Shown: one piece after another, positions 11,850 to 24,729 of the stretch | Layout: the number at the start of each line of letters is the position of its first letter | How positions within the stretch are numbered: the first letter of the stretch is position 1 | Assembly: GCA_036172245.1 (NCBI GenBank) | Contig: JAYWIR010000051.1 | Coordinates: 868,001-932,000, forward strand | Reading direction: 5' to 3' | DNA: 64,000 bases | DNA from: Raillietiella orientalis | Lineage: Eukaryota | Made by a program: the position numbers and the translations under genes | Notes under the pieces: model-generated | The model's input: the letters and a program-made list of their open reading frames with translations, nothing else | Database searches by the model: none | Told to the model about the DNA's origin: nothing

Positions 11850-13200
11850 GTGCAGCTCGCGGATGGAGCGTTTCCGAAGGAGAGCAGGAGACGAAACGAA
11901 ATGTCGATCCTACGACAAGTTGCTGAAAGGGAAATGGCCTTGACGAGTGCCCTCGAGGCGGCGACGGGTGCGCGGTTGGGAACCTCAGCCTTTGCGCTGC
12001 GGGGAACGACGCGGCTGGTGCACGGATCCACGTCCAGAGAGACCTTCCTCAAGTCCCTCGGAGACAGGAGGAATCCTTAAAGGATATTTCAAGACTCCGG
12101 GCTTCCTGGTCGATGCCTGCGTCGTTCCTCCGTGCTGCCAGCTGCCACCGCCACCCTGCCGGTGGTGCACTGGGGTCTTCCCCGAGTCGAGGAACGCCGC
12201 CGCGTCCTTGCAAGGAACACGAGCGTGCGCACTGCGGAGTCGCGGATGCCCTTTCGCGTGAAGTGAGGTGCACGCCTCAGGAGTTCTGCAGATCACTCGA
12301 AGTCCCGCCCTTCCCCAGCCGACCCCTTCGAGCTCGCCTGCTCCCTCCTCGTTGAACGTCTTCCTCCACTTACGAGCCCCGGCGGTGGTCCAGGTGAATG
12401 GGAGAGGAGATCTCGTCATATCACCGTCATCCCATCCATCACCACCGTCGTCCCGTTCGTGTGGTCCCGTTACCGACTCAGCAGCTCGGCAAAGGCACGA
12501 GGGCAGGCGGCAGCTGCATCTAAGGGAGCTCCGCTGGCAGTCATGAGGGCCTCTCGCCTGGGGGAGCTGCAACATGGGGATAAAAAAGGGAGCATCAGGA
12601 CAACCGAGATTGGACTGGGGCCTGATCGGGAACAGCGCTCCAATTCCTTCCCTAATGTCCCAGCTCGATTCGAACTCTCGTCCGTAGCCACTCCAACGAG
12701 ACAGGAGCTAGGACATGTGGGTCAAGCTCACCGGCTGGACCACCCTCCTCCCCCGGGAGGAACCGATTGGTCCCTTCCCTGTGCCTGGACATCTCTGTGT
12801 GCTTCTCGTCTGGATTCAAAGGATGCCGGCGCTCCCCTCCAGGCTGGGGACTCCTGGGAGATGAGTGCCATTGTCACCGGACGGGCAGGGGAAGGGTTCA
12901 CTCGAGCTGCGCGAGGTGCAGACTGGAGGGGTCGATGCCCCACGCCATTCCGGAGTGCGGTGCACTCGCTCAGGCCGGGAACGCGCGGCAAGAGCCCGCC
13001 TCTCCCGCCCGGGCGAGGGAGGCCGAAGACACTGTGGTCCTCGTGGGAGTCCTTTCAGAGGAATTGTCCTTCCCCCGGAGGGTGCAGTCGCGATCCCATG
13101 CTGCACCGAGGGGGCCAGAGTTGGGGTGAAGTCCGCATATCCTCCCTCCCTCCCAGTCGTCTCCACGCTGCGAAGAGAGTCGGGGTGGTCTCATTTGAAG
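11850..13200 (+). mobile_element. Gypsy-type LTR retrotransposon integrase remnant
   Basis: TRLVHGSTSRETFLKSL (cf. RLVIP..LR..IL..LH), KGYFKTPGFLVDACVVPPCCQ (HHCC-region remnant), SIRTTEIGLGP (IRTDGGPQF) and FELSSVATPTRQELGH (SSPYHPQSNG) occur in the correct order. Confidence 0.55.
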
Positions 13201-13449
13201 CGTAAGCAGCCGGGGGCATCGCCTCCCCGAGCGAGGACAGAGAGGAGTACCAGAAGAGCCCCATGATCCCTCCCTGCCCTTCGCACGCTATTTATTTTTA
13301 GGGACTTGTTCCGCCCCTGCTCTTGACTCCTTTCTCTAGATCAAGTGCGCGGCGGGCAGTTCACCCCGCTTTCTGCCTCCGACCACTGCAAGACGTGTAA
13401 CGTGAAATAAGTATCCCCGCATCACCTCATCACCTAGGGGCGCCGGGTC

Positions 13450-16400
13450 ATTGGTTCGAGGTGAATCGTCCAGGTTCATGCGGCTGGAGACGGGCCGCTA
13501 TGTGCCAGCCCGAAGACCCACTGGGGAGGGGAGCAGGAAAGACCAACACATAAACACAGAGATGGGCAACGTGGTGGAGCTGCCTTGTGACGATGGAGCC
13601 CGGAAGTCCACGTCGGGCAGGGAACGGAGGGGGCCATTCATCGGTGCCGAGCTAGTCCGTCCGCAATCTCTAGAAGGTTGCTTTGCTCCCTCCCCCCACG
13701 TCCCAGAATGGGCTACTTTGTTGCCCTTCGCAGGTGGATGAGGCGACGAACACACCCTTCCTTTTGGAGGCCCCCAGCACTAGGCGGAGCATCGTTAGCG
13801 AGGAGGCGACTGGTAAGCCTTCGGAGGGAACATTCCCTGAAGCGGGTCCTGCGGAGCAGTACCAGCCGTCCTCTGCCCCTTCCCGGTTTTCGCTCCAGTG
13901 AAGCGGCGTTGACTCCTGCCTTTTCGGAGCGGCGACGAAGCGCCTCTGAGAAGCGCGCGCGCCCATTTCTGCAGTCCAGTGCCCTCTGAAAGCGCCTGCG
14001 GCAGGGTTCCAGCGGTCTCCCGCTTCATGAATGTAAGGTGGCGTTCCTCGTTTCGAGGGAGGCACCGATGTCCCTGGCAAGATGGGGGTCTGCTCATCAC
14101 GTGGAGGGAGGACGGAGGCGTCGGCAAGGAAGCCCGTGGGGACCTTGAAGTTTCAGCGGGGGATGCTGAGGACCTCGACTCATCCTTGCAAGCTCTGAGT
14201 GAGGTCCTTCGCCAGCCAAGGCGTTCGTTCCCCCTGGGGGACCAACCTCGTGACTCTTCGCATGACTGCGTGGAAAACGGCGGTCTCAAGGGTTCGTGAT
14301 CTCCACTGTGAGGACTGCCCACCTCGTCCTCTCTGTTCCTTGCCAATTCATTAGCCGACCACCCATCCCCGCTTCCTATCCTGTCATGTGAGACCAAGAG
14401 TCTCGCATGACCAGGTGGCGATCCTTTCTTTCTGCAGATTTTTCGTCTGTTTTAATGCTTTCTCTCCTAATAGCTGCCTCTGAACGTCCAGCATGAGGTA
14501 TGCTGCTGCAGCAGCCGCCAAGCAAAGGATGGGGGGAAGAAGGGACCACATCCGGAAGCGACGGCCCTGTGGCCTCTCGTCGTCGTCGGCCGCTGACTGA
14601 GCTGACCCGGCGAGCGGTGATGGCTCTCCGGGATCTCCCCGTGGCACCCGTCGCCTCGAACCTGCTCAGAGGAGCTCCTTCTGGTCACTCGATGAGGCGA
14701 CGACGTCCCCCTAGCAATGGTCGTCGCGGGCAGTCTTCCTCCGACCTCGCCGACCGGATCGCAGCCAGCAGCAGTCAGCACGGCAGCTCTCTGTTCCTTT
14801 TTGGAACGGAAATTCGAGACTCCTCCGTCTCCGGCTCTCTTGTAAGGGGCAGCGTCGCCTCCCCTCTAGTCTCGGAGACTCCAGTGTCCAGGCCGACAAC
14901 TGAGATAGGTGCGAAGGGGTCGTCGCCCACACCGCTCGGCCAGCATGAGGGCAGGCGGCGATCTGATGAGCTGCTTCTGCTTTCCGATGTCCCAGGCGAA
15001 GGCGCACAACCCTGCGGGTTTGCAGATGGAAACGGCCTCGGGGTGAACATCTCTCGGGGAAAGCAGGGGGACGGGAGCGAATGCGCCCTAGCTGATCAGG
15101 GACAGCTGCAGGGATTCCAGGGAAGGAATCGCCTGGAGGTCCTCTCGCAGTGCGCGCATTCCCTTTCCTTCCGAGGGTCAGGCGAACTTCCCAACGAGTT
15201 TTTCCGGGAGGCGCCCGTTCGCCTCTTCGCCTCGGGATGCGGAAGCAGTCCGCTCGCGCCACCCCCCGTACCGGTCTGAGGCCTGCGCGGAGGCTGAGAA
15301 AAGCTCGAAGGAGAGCAGCTCGGAAGGATCCGGGAAGCAGAGTGGCGGTACGCATGGCGGCGTGCACGAGTGCCCTCTACGGAGGACGCAGCAGGCAGGT
15401 GCATCTCCAGGAGGCTCCGAGGCGCCTCCATGTCGGGGGGACTCTTCCTGGGCAACAGCGCTGGTATAAGGAGGGAACGATGTGAGCAGGAAGTAGCAGA
15501 AAGGTGGGCGAAGGAGATCCTGATGCCGAAGAAGGCGGATTCGCCTCCGTTTTTCTTCGCCAGGCGGAGGGTGGCCGAGAAGAGGTGACATCGGCTGCCT
15601 CTCCTCCGTCTTCCCACGATTGCGCCCACGGTTTTGCGAGGCCTGGAAGCGAACCTACTGCAGGTTCGAGAGAACCTTCTGCTAGTATTGTTGTCCCGAT
15701 TGTTGCTGCACCGCCGATTCGACCCGCAAATGCGCAGACGTCTATTGTTGCAGTTCCCTAATTACCTGCCATAAGCGTTGCTGTCCCAATTGTTGTAGCT
15801 TCCTAGTTTTCTGCCGTGAACGAGAGGTGCCGCCGCCGGAAGCATCCAGCGCTCCGACAGAGGACTCTAGCGGGGACGTGTGGAGTTCTCTCTTCCGTCG
15901 CCTCAGGGGAAGCGCCTCGGTCCGCGCTCGGGAGGCGGGTGCCCCGCGAATCCCTGATCCCTCTCTTTCACCGATGTTCCCTGCCAGCCGGTCTGGAAGT
16001 CTTGTCGGAGGAGCCAGAAAGTGCCCGTGTCTGGACACCCTGGCTCCGGTTCTCTCCCGCCCCGAGTAACCAAGTGAAGAGCCATCCACAGAGGGTCGAA
16101 ATTCGATGAAGGGCTGGCTGAGCGGTGCACGCCCTCCTGTCAAGCGCACTTCGCTCCGGACGGGCCGCGCCCCGCCTCCCTGCTCTTCCCTTCTTTTCCC
16201 TTCTTTCCGGGACATGTCTTCGCAGATCCTCCATAGCGCTCCCTCCTCACGAGTGCTCCTCGGGAGCTCGTTCCGCACCATCTTTCGAGAGGGCGCTTCT
16301 CCCTGCCCTCACCACCGACCGTCCGTCTCTTTCCGGACAGATGGCGGCTGCAGAATCGGAGGCCGGGATGCTCGAAGGGACTGGTTGCCATGCATCTTCC

Positions 16401-19400
16401 GAGGGGACTTGCCTGACCGGAACAAAGGGAGAAGAGATCGAAGCTCGCGGAAGAGCGGAACCATTCAGGGGTCCTCCTGGAGCCGAGACTCGCGCGGAGG
16501 CGGCAGCTGTCTGATGCTTCCATAAGACTTGAGGAATTTTCCTCAGGGGATGAATCCCTTTGTGGCACGATTGCTGTGCTCAGTCTTCGAGGTATTGGAG
16601 GGATCCGTAGTCAGCAAGGACGGGCGTTGCTGGAAGTCGGGATCTTTCTCTCCCCTCCGCCCCCTCCGCACACAAATCTCGTGATATCCCTGGAAGAGCC
16701 GACCAGGGCAACAAAGGCTTCAGGTCCGGCGGGGCTAGCGCGCGGCTGGGGGTGCGAGGCGGCTCATGACCTCGAGGGGAATGGAGGAGTTCGTAAGGGA
16801 GGCGCCGCTCCTGGCCTCTCTTTTGCTCCCCTTAATCCTCCTTCGCACTGCGAAGACCAAGAGTGGGAGGGTTGCGAGGGCGGGGAGTGGGCGGGAGGAA
16901 GGAAGGCGCGCGGGAGGCGACCCCACGGGCCTCCCGGAAGGAAATCTTCGCCAGAAACTCGCGAGGGGGAGCTGGCGAGTCTCTCCGAGGTAGCCCTCGG
17001 AGAGACGGGCAGGTCGCGTTGGCTTCCGCGCGGAGGCGCAGCTCGGGAGATCCGGAGAGACCTTCAGGCGCAAGAAGGGGGGAAGGGAAGGTGGACGGGA
17101 GCGGACAGTCTGGCGTACCTTCCTGGTTTAGCTTCTTCCTAGTTGCAGGATGGCAGCGTATGGACGCTGGCCGGTCGAGTTCTTCGCGTCGGGGTAGCTG
17201 AGAAAGAATAATCTCGGCGCGGAGGCTGTGGAGTGGCGCACGCGCGCATCTGCCAGGGAGATCGTCCGGGAGGGAGATCGTGCCTCCCCCAAAGATGGAT
17301 GCGGAGTAGCGCTTCGGACGAAGAGCGGCGGGTTTGGAGGAGGGGGAACCGAGCTGGGAGAGCCCCTTGCAGGCCCGCTCGCCCCTCCGCTGCTTTTCTT
17401 ACCAGCTCGGCTCTTCCGAGAGAAGCATCCGAGGAATGCTGATTTATTCATGGACCCCTCCGTGTCGGTCGGGCGCTTCCGGGAGACTTGACGGGCTGCC
17501 TCCTTCCCACGGGCGCCTGTTCGCCGCGGGCCGCATCCCCGGCGGGAGGCGGGAACGCCTCGGAGCAGCGGAGCGTTCACTCCGGAAGGAAGGGGGGGTG
17601 CGCTGCCTCCCGCTTCCCGACACGGCACCACAGCGATAGGGGCGCGTTCAGGACGTCGATGCCGCGGCGACGACCAAAGTGGCGAGTGTCCAGTCGGCGA
17701 GGAAGCCGTGGCGGTGGACGAGATGCGCGATCGACCCTTTCGTCGCCCCCCCTTCCTTACCAGGTAACCCCAACCGGAAGTCGATCTGAGCTCAGGAGGG
17801 AAGGAGGAGAACAATTTGTAGGTGCAGGGGACCGCTAAAGAATGCCGGAGGTAGCGCTTCCTTCGTCCGTCGCGCAGGTGACGCCTCCGCCTCCTCATGA
17901 GTGAGGAGCGTGCGGCAGGCGAGTCATGGGTCTGCCCGGACGTTGGGCACCAAGGAAACAAAGGGCAGAGAAGGGCCACGCGAGGTCCCAGGGGAGTCTC
18001 AGGTAACAAGCCCGTCACATTTTTTTGCGGTCTTCCCCCCGTTGCCTAGAGACGCTCCACGGGGACGAAACCCGGTGGGAAGAGGCTGGGCCGGTACGGC
18101 CGCAGAGGGAAGACGAGTCGAGAGACTGCTGGGGCGGATACGTCCCCCCTCTTTCGCGGAGGAAGACGAGGCACGCGCGGAGCCGGCAGGGGAGGACTCC
18201 CCGTCCTGGAGGAGACTCGGTTTGCCCGGAGCGACACCATACTCCCGTCCCAGGTGTGCTTCGGCTTATCCCCTCCCCCCTGTCCTCGTGGGTGGATCCA
18301 GCCTCTGCAATCCTACCGAAGGGGATCGAACAAGTAGGCTCCGGTCCTCACAAATGGCGCCAACCGGTAAGAGGAGACTCCGCCAACGCAGGAGATGGTG
18401 GTGCCACCGTCAACGGATCAACTCCGCTTCCACTTCCGGCGGTGGCGCCGTTTGACTGCAACGCGTAGTGACGGCAATGCTGTGTAAACCACAGCTGCGG
18501 CCGTGGCAGAGCCTAGGGAGACTCGTCGCGGCGCCACCACCGGTGATGCTACCACGAAGAGCGTCACTGCTTTTCTCTCTGGGGACAGAAAGCAGCAGCG
18601 GCGGCGTGGATGCGTTCTCCAAAGGAGACCAGGACGACCAGCCGGAGGGAAGGGGCGTTGTCAGGACACAGTGGTAGCAACTGTCACAGGTTCCCGACGC
18701 GACCGCCACGGAGCCGCCGACTGCGGTCGCGATGGAGACCGCGTGAACACGATGAACGGTGGAGAGGGTGGCGACAGCCACCACCATGACCACAGCCGGA
18801 AGAGAACCGCAGCCGCACGAGTTGCCGCGACGGTGGTGGTGGTTGTCGCGAGGCCCCGTCCGCAGAGAGGTGGCGGCAGCGTTGGCATTGCAAGCGACGA
18901 CCGCGGCAGCAGCAGTCGCAGGCGGCGCGGCGGTCACTCCTCCCTTCAGCGCCTCGGGCGGCGGCCGCGAAGGAACCGCGTCTTTCTCGAGGTCAGGTTT
19001 TTTGATGAGAGAAACCGCGGCACTTTCCCGCCCTCGCCGGAGGGGAGGAACGGGGGGTGGGCCCTGCACCTCCTTCCGTCCTGAGGGTGCGCGCGCGCGA
19101 GGGCTTCCCAGGACCCGAGGGTCACGAGCGCCAGCCCGCCCGCCCGCAGGGAGCAAAGACCGGGAGGAGGGGGAGGGAAAGGGGAGACAACAGTTCCCGA
19201 AATCGGCCCCCTCTCCTCCCTCCCGAGTCCTGGGAAGGCGCCGCTGCCTTCCCCCGGCACTCCCCTCCGGCTGCCTCCGGCCTGCCTCCGGGCTGCCGCC
19301 TCCGATGCCTCCCTCATCCGACGGGAGCGCATGTCCCGGATGACGTCGCCGCTCGCAGGACGGGGAGTTCCTCCCGGACGAGCGCGGCAGTGCGCGGACC

Positions 19401-20800
19401 CATCGGGACGGGAAGTGTTGCTCCCGCTCCGCAGGTGTGTCGGTCGGTAGACCCCCCTCCCCCCCGCCTCTTCCCCTCCGAGGATGGTCGCCGTGCAGCG
19501 GGAGGGCGCCCCGGCCTTCCCGCCGTTTCCCCAGCTCGCTGCGGCAGCACCCGCCGCCGCTCCGGGCGAAGCGGTGCACTCCCCATAGGAGGGCCCTGGA
19601 GAGGTCGATCCTCCGTCCGGTCAGGTCAGTTCACACGTTTTTGCTTCCCTAGGGGAGTCGGCCGAGGACGGTGCCCGGGTAGAGGGGGGCGCTCTCGAGC
19701 GCTGCCGGGACGGTCGGTCCGCCTCGCGGGGGACCTTCACGGAGACAGGGCCTGCCTTCTCACCCCCCGCTGGGCAATGGGCTCCCCTCCTTGGGGGAGG
19801 GGGCTCGCACCTTGCCCGCGCTTGCGGGTGCCTCTGGGCGCTCGGCCATCGTCCGCTCCTCCCCGAAGGACAGCGGGTACGGACGGTTCCCATTCCGGTG
19901 GGGTCGCCTTCTATGGCGCCAGCTGAGTCGGGAAAGGGCAGTTTCACCCGCTCCTGTATTTTGGCCGGAACGGCACCGAGCGGCGGCAGCGGCTCCTCCC
20001 GGGGCGCACGACCACTCGGAGAACCGCGAGCCCCTTCCCCGGCAGCTTCTGTCGTCCCTCCCTAAAACCTTTCGGTGCCTCCCGGCTCCCACCGGCTTCT
20101 GCTTCCGGTTCCGCTTCCGGTCGCCTTGAAGATCCCGGAGGCGGCGGCGTGGGCAGCGGCTCTCCCCGGTGGCTGCGGAGGGCGTCCCCGTTCGCAAATC
20201 TCCGCTAGCGACGAGCCCCAACGAGACAAGTACTGATGGATGCGGGAGGTTTAATCCGCAGACGGTAACCATAGAAACACGCACCCGGCGGGAGCCGGAG
20301 CCTTCGAAGGGCGAATCTTTGCGTCGTCGCAAGCTGGGCGCGCACAGCGGAGCAAACGCCTCTCTGCCTCCTCTTCCTCCTCCTCTGACCTTTCCACTTC
20401 TTCCCCGGGGGGAGACCACTGACGACTCTCGGGAAGGGAAGGTGAGGGAGGGAGCTGGGAAAGCGGGAGCGTCCTTCCCGAGAAGTAAATCGCCTCCGGG
20501 TGCAGCCAGGGTCGCCGGACTTCCCCTCCCCCCGTTCACCCAACGGCAGGGAGGCTGCCCTTCTTCGACATGCCCCCAGACGTCGCCGCAGTGCCGCGCA
20601 ACTGGCGGAGCGGCAGCTCGTTCGGTCACGCGGCGACCGGGAGGTAGGGCTAGCACACCGCAGTGGCGGCACCGTCCCGGCTGGTAGGCACCTTGGCACT
20701 CGGGACGGCAGTGGGCTCCAGGGAGACGCCCCACCGCGGCTGAAAGGCACGGAGGGTGGGAGCGCTGCGCCCGCGGCAAGGATGCTCAGATTCCGGGAGG
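13450..20800 (-). mobile_element. Highly degenerate Gypsy-type LTR retrotransposon (gag-PR-RT-RH-IN); LTRs not identified
   Basis: RT-like MRLKVSPD...TNSSIPLEVMSRL...EAFVALV/LFQGYHEICV...YGSLQYLE (~16.6-17.1 kb). RNase H-like SVDGSSLGY...HTSPL (~15.8-16.1 kb). Integrase-like EKALKQTKNLQKERIATW and LLEIADGL/SLP (~13.6-14.5 kb). Domain order is Gypsy-like. Gag/PR (17.7-20.8 kb) are only weakly recognisable. Confidence 0.5.
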
Positions 20801-22492
20801 GCGATCACTGGGGCGGTGGAATCCGGGCGCCTGCCTTCTGGGTCCTCTTGCCCTCTGCCGCTCGCAGAACTTGGCTCCTCGAAGGGTAGGACTCCTTTCT
20901 GTCCTTCCGTGGACCCCTCAGTATCCCAAGCGCTTCCCCATCCCTGCCTTTCGCACGTGCATCATCCCTGGAGTTGGGTCTGCTGCTGTACCACCGTCAC
21001 CCTTCTTCCCCCTCCCCCGCAGCGTCAAAGGAAAGTGAAAGTTCCGCTTCCTGGAGGGTGCACTGGGAGGCTGCGTCCGTGAAGTGACGGCGGCGGAGCG
21101 CGCGATCTGCTCATCGGTTGTAGCGATCGAGCAAGGACAGGAGGGCGAACGATCCTGGAGAGGTCTCGACACGGGGAAGGATGGCAGATCGGGATCCAGG
21201 CTCCGTGGGACTTGACACGTCCGCAGACCTGGCCGGGTAGTTGGGACGCAGCGGTCGCTCCTCGCGCCCGAAGAAACCCCCGGGAGAAGACGGGTTTTCC
21301 CTTCCCCTTCTTCCCCTCTCTCGCTCGCGACCGAACTGCTCCCCTCCTCTTCCTGCCGGTCCTCGCCTCCATCCTCTCATCCCCATTCGCCTCGCTGCCG
21401 CTCGGCGTGCCGTGCCGTGGCCCTGCGGGTCAGCTGCTTCCTCTAACCGAGCTCGTTCGCTCTCCTCGCGACAGCCCTTCCCCCTCCCCGATCGCACTCC
21501 CGATCCTCAGGAAGCTGCGCTCCTCGCCGACACTACTAGAATATTTAATCTCCGTGCCATTTCCTTCCTTCCGGCCCTCTCCACGCTCCCGCGCGCTTTC
21601 TCGGTGCTTCCAACCTCGGGGCCCGCGTGCTACGACAACTTTCCACCGGCGTTTCCACGGAATGAAGTTCCTGATTTCCACGAAAGCGGCGTGGCATCCG
21701 CCCGTCCGCTCCTTCCGGAAAAAAAAAAGTATAAAAAAAATAAAATAAAAAAGGGATAAAGGGGAGGAACTTCCTCCGCAACTCCAACAAGGGATTTTCG
21801 AACTGACGCGACGGGGCGGCTTCGGGAATGCGGATGGCAGGTGGCAAAGATCCCCAGCGCAGGGAAAGAGGGGTCTCGGAATGTGCAGAGGCGTGTGCAA
21901 AAGAGTCGAAAGCCGGGATCGGGAGCTCCAATCGATACTCGCCTCGTCAATCTAGCCGCTGCTCCCGGAATCTCCCCGAAGGTAAAACGAATGCCAATTA
22001 GTCCAAATCATCTCTACCGAAACTTTGGAGAATAAAGTAATCAAAACCCGCAAAGAATTTTCTCCTTCAAAGGAATTGAGTGGACACTGGAAATAAGGAA
22101 AACTTCGTGAGCAAGAGAGCAGAGCGCCTTCTTCTCTGGGAAGTCTTCTCAGAAAACCGGATATTCAATTATGCACGTAGCTAATTTCTCAAAGAAAAAT
22201 CCGTTGTTCCCGGAAGGGATGCTCTTCGTTTTAGAATAAGGGAGGAACAAACTAAGCAGCTCTTTGAGAAGGGTACGGAGAGAGGGAGTCGTCACAACCC
22301 TTCGAACTGAGTGACAGCCGGTGGACAACGCAAGTCGAAAAATTGTGCTCCGTCGGGACGGGGGGAAGGGGGAGAGAAGAGGGGGGGAGGTCAGCAAGCA
22401 CTCGGGCGAGTAGAAATGCAGAGGATCAGTTTGTGGCACTCTGAAATGTCGAAGCAGACGTGTAAACCATTAGATTTTAAAATGTGAGCTTG

Positions 22493-22712
22493 CTGTTCTA
22501 TTTTTGTGCCACTGCCACGCATGCTTCTAGTTCGGCTTCCGCTCTCATTGTTGCAAAAGCATCCTGTTCTATTTACGTTTCATTGTCACGTGAGCACCTT
22601 GCTCTGTTCCGCTCTCATTGTTGCAAACGCTTCCTGTTCTATTTATGTCCCACTGTCACGTGAGCACCTTGCTCTGTTCCGCTCCCATTACTGCAAACGC
22701 GCCCTGCTCTAC
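22493..22712. repeat. 70-bp tandem repeat, ~3.1 copies
   Basis: gctc(t/c)catt recurs at 22541, 22611 and 22681, and ctg(t/c)tcta at ~22494, 22564, 22634 and 22704. Copies 2 and 3 are the most similar. Confidence 0.92.
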
Positions 22713-24169
22713 GAATCCCTCATTCCTCGTCCTTGGGAATGCTGAGCATGAAGTTTTAGCATTCTCCCTCATTTCGTTTTTTTTCGAATCGCACTCTCTT
22801 CAACAGCTGCACCAAAGTGATGCCGGCTCGAGGGAACTCGGAATGTTCTCAACACTCTGCAATACCAGGAGTGGCAGGCACTTCCTCGTTTTTTTGCAGA
22901 GAATCACAGGGAATTCTTGTTTTCATGTAGCTTCCTTGAGACTTCCAGCCTTGAGGTCTGTGCGTTCTTCCAAGAACGCCTTTCTCTCCAGAAGGAAAAT
23001 TCGGGAACGTATCGCTAGTTTTCAGAAACAGAGATTCAACATAAAACCCGACTCCCAAAGCTCTCGGGACATCAGGAAGAAGAGCTGGCGCTGGAGTCGC
23101 TCACCTTCTCCCCTGAGCGAAGAACAGCCTGAGACTTCCACACTCGAGTTCCTGAAGTCTTTAACGGGAAAAGAGTGGAAGGCTGCAATTCATCCCCCAA
23201 GTTTGGGGAGGAGAGACGCTCCGCTGGCGGGGGACTCAAACAAGAGGAGTCAGGAAACAGCTCAGCCCAAAAAACGCATAGATGGGAACTGCCGGACAAG
23301 TGACAACACGACACGCGACAACGCTTTGTACTCTCAGCCAGAAGTCATTCGAAGCTGCCCGAAGCCGCGGTGGAATCTGCGAGAGCGGGCGGAACAGCAG
23401 CGAATGCTCAGTCTCTTTTCCGGTACGGATGGCGACGAAGAACGAAAAGGAAAGAAGGGAAAGAAGGGGGGGGGGACACAGAAGTAAGCAGATGAAAGAA
23501 AGGAGGAGCAGTAAGGACAGTTTCTGAGGTCAGAACTTGACGCTTGACGTCAGAACCCAAGCATCATCGGCGGCTCATGGGTTGCTGTAAAGTGCGTCAC
23601 GCAGACGCGGAGCGCTGACGTGACTTCGCTCGCGAGGGAGATGGCAGCCGTTGCCTCTGCATCACGCGATGCACGGAGTGGGGGAGAAAGGAAGGAAGGG
23701 AAAACAAAAGGAACACAAAAGGGAACGTTCCCCTGACGTTCCTACCTACCTTAGCTCCCTCCCTCTGTTGGCGGCTGCGGATCGATAAAGCATGGTGGGT
23801 CATGGGAAGCGCAGCGAAGAGGAGAAGGGGTGGGGAGTGGAGGAACACCCGGCTCTTGAAGGGAAGTGGGAAGTCAGCACTTGTGGGAGGAAAGGACGAA
23901 GAGGATGCGGAGGGGGAGCTATGATGGAACTCTCCTGGAAAGCGCAGCAACCTCTTCCTTCCCTAAGGAGTCCCTTTCTGTCCGGAGGGAGTCCCTTCTC
24001 GAAGGGTCTCCCCTCCCACTTCAGCGGGAATACTCGCACCTCGCCGTGGGGAAGCGGCCCTCGGAACCTGCTCCTTCCGTCTCCTCCTCTTCCCCTTCTC
24101 GAAAGAAGAATGGGGGAGCCCCGTGGAGGACGGTCCCCTGAGACCGGTTGGCGGCTGGAGAGTACACGG

Positions 24170-24729
24170 GAGTCCCGCAGGGAAGCTTTCAACCATGCCG
24201 CGCGAGAAGTGAGGACGGACGGCGCCATCGCAGTTGACTCCGACGGCGCTGGCACTTCTCTGATGGAAGCAGTGGCGCGCAAGCGAGAACGCCCCAACTG
24301 GGTCCCCGCCCTGCCGGGCGGCTCCTCCCACGGGGAGGGGCAGCGAGAATCGAGGCTGGGGTCCAGGACGACATTCAAGCACCATCTTCGCCTACTAGGG
24401 GTTCTGAGGGTCCCCTGCCAAAGCGCCGCGCCGGTCCCGGATTCGGGAACGCGTTGCTGCGCTTTCGCTCCCGCCCCTTCCTTCCCTCCCTGCGGATGCG
24501 GCCTCCGGGCCTCAGCGACGGGTAGCGTCCAGCGGAGGCGCGCCCGATTCGCGCAAGCCACGCGGGACTTGCCGGAGCGGCGCACTCCAGGAACCCCCAG
24601 GGGCAAGAAGGGATGGCGGCTCTCCCCCCCCCCCTTTCCTCCTCCTCGGCTCCCCTCCCTTTTTCCCTCGCGTCCCGCCGTTGTCCAGGATCCCCGGGAC
24701 AAGCCGCCGCAGCCCCTTCAGGGACGAGC
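24170..24729 (+). repeat. Dispersed repeat copy A (probable LINE 3' region)
   Basis: 24439-24729 aligns with 27381-27669 at roughly 90% identity by eye. An upstream zf-RVT-like GTSLMEAVAR is weak. Confidence 0.8.

Noticed and set aside
20960..21760. PBS and LTR for the minus-strand Gypsy element
   Set aside because: TGGTACAGCAG is not a clear tRNA 3' complement, and no second LTR copy was found near 13.3 kb.
22493..22712. CRISPR-like array
   Set aside because: The units are contiguous with no unique spacers, the context is eukaryotic, and there are no cas genes.
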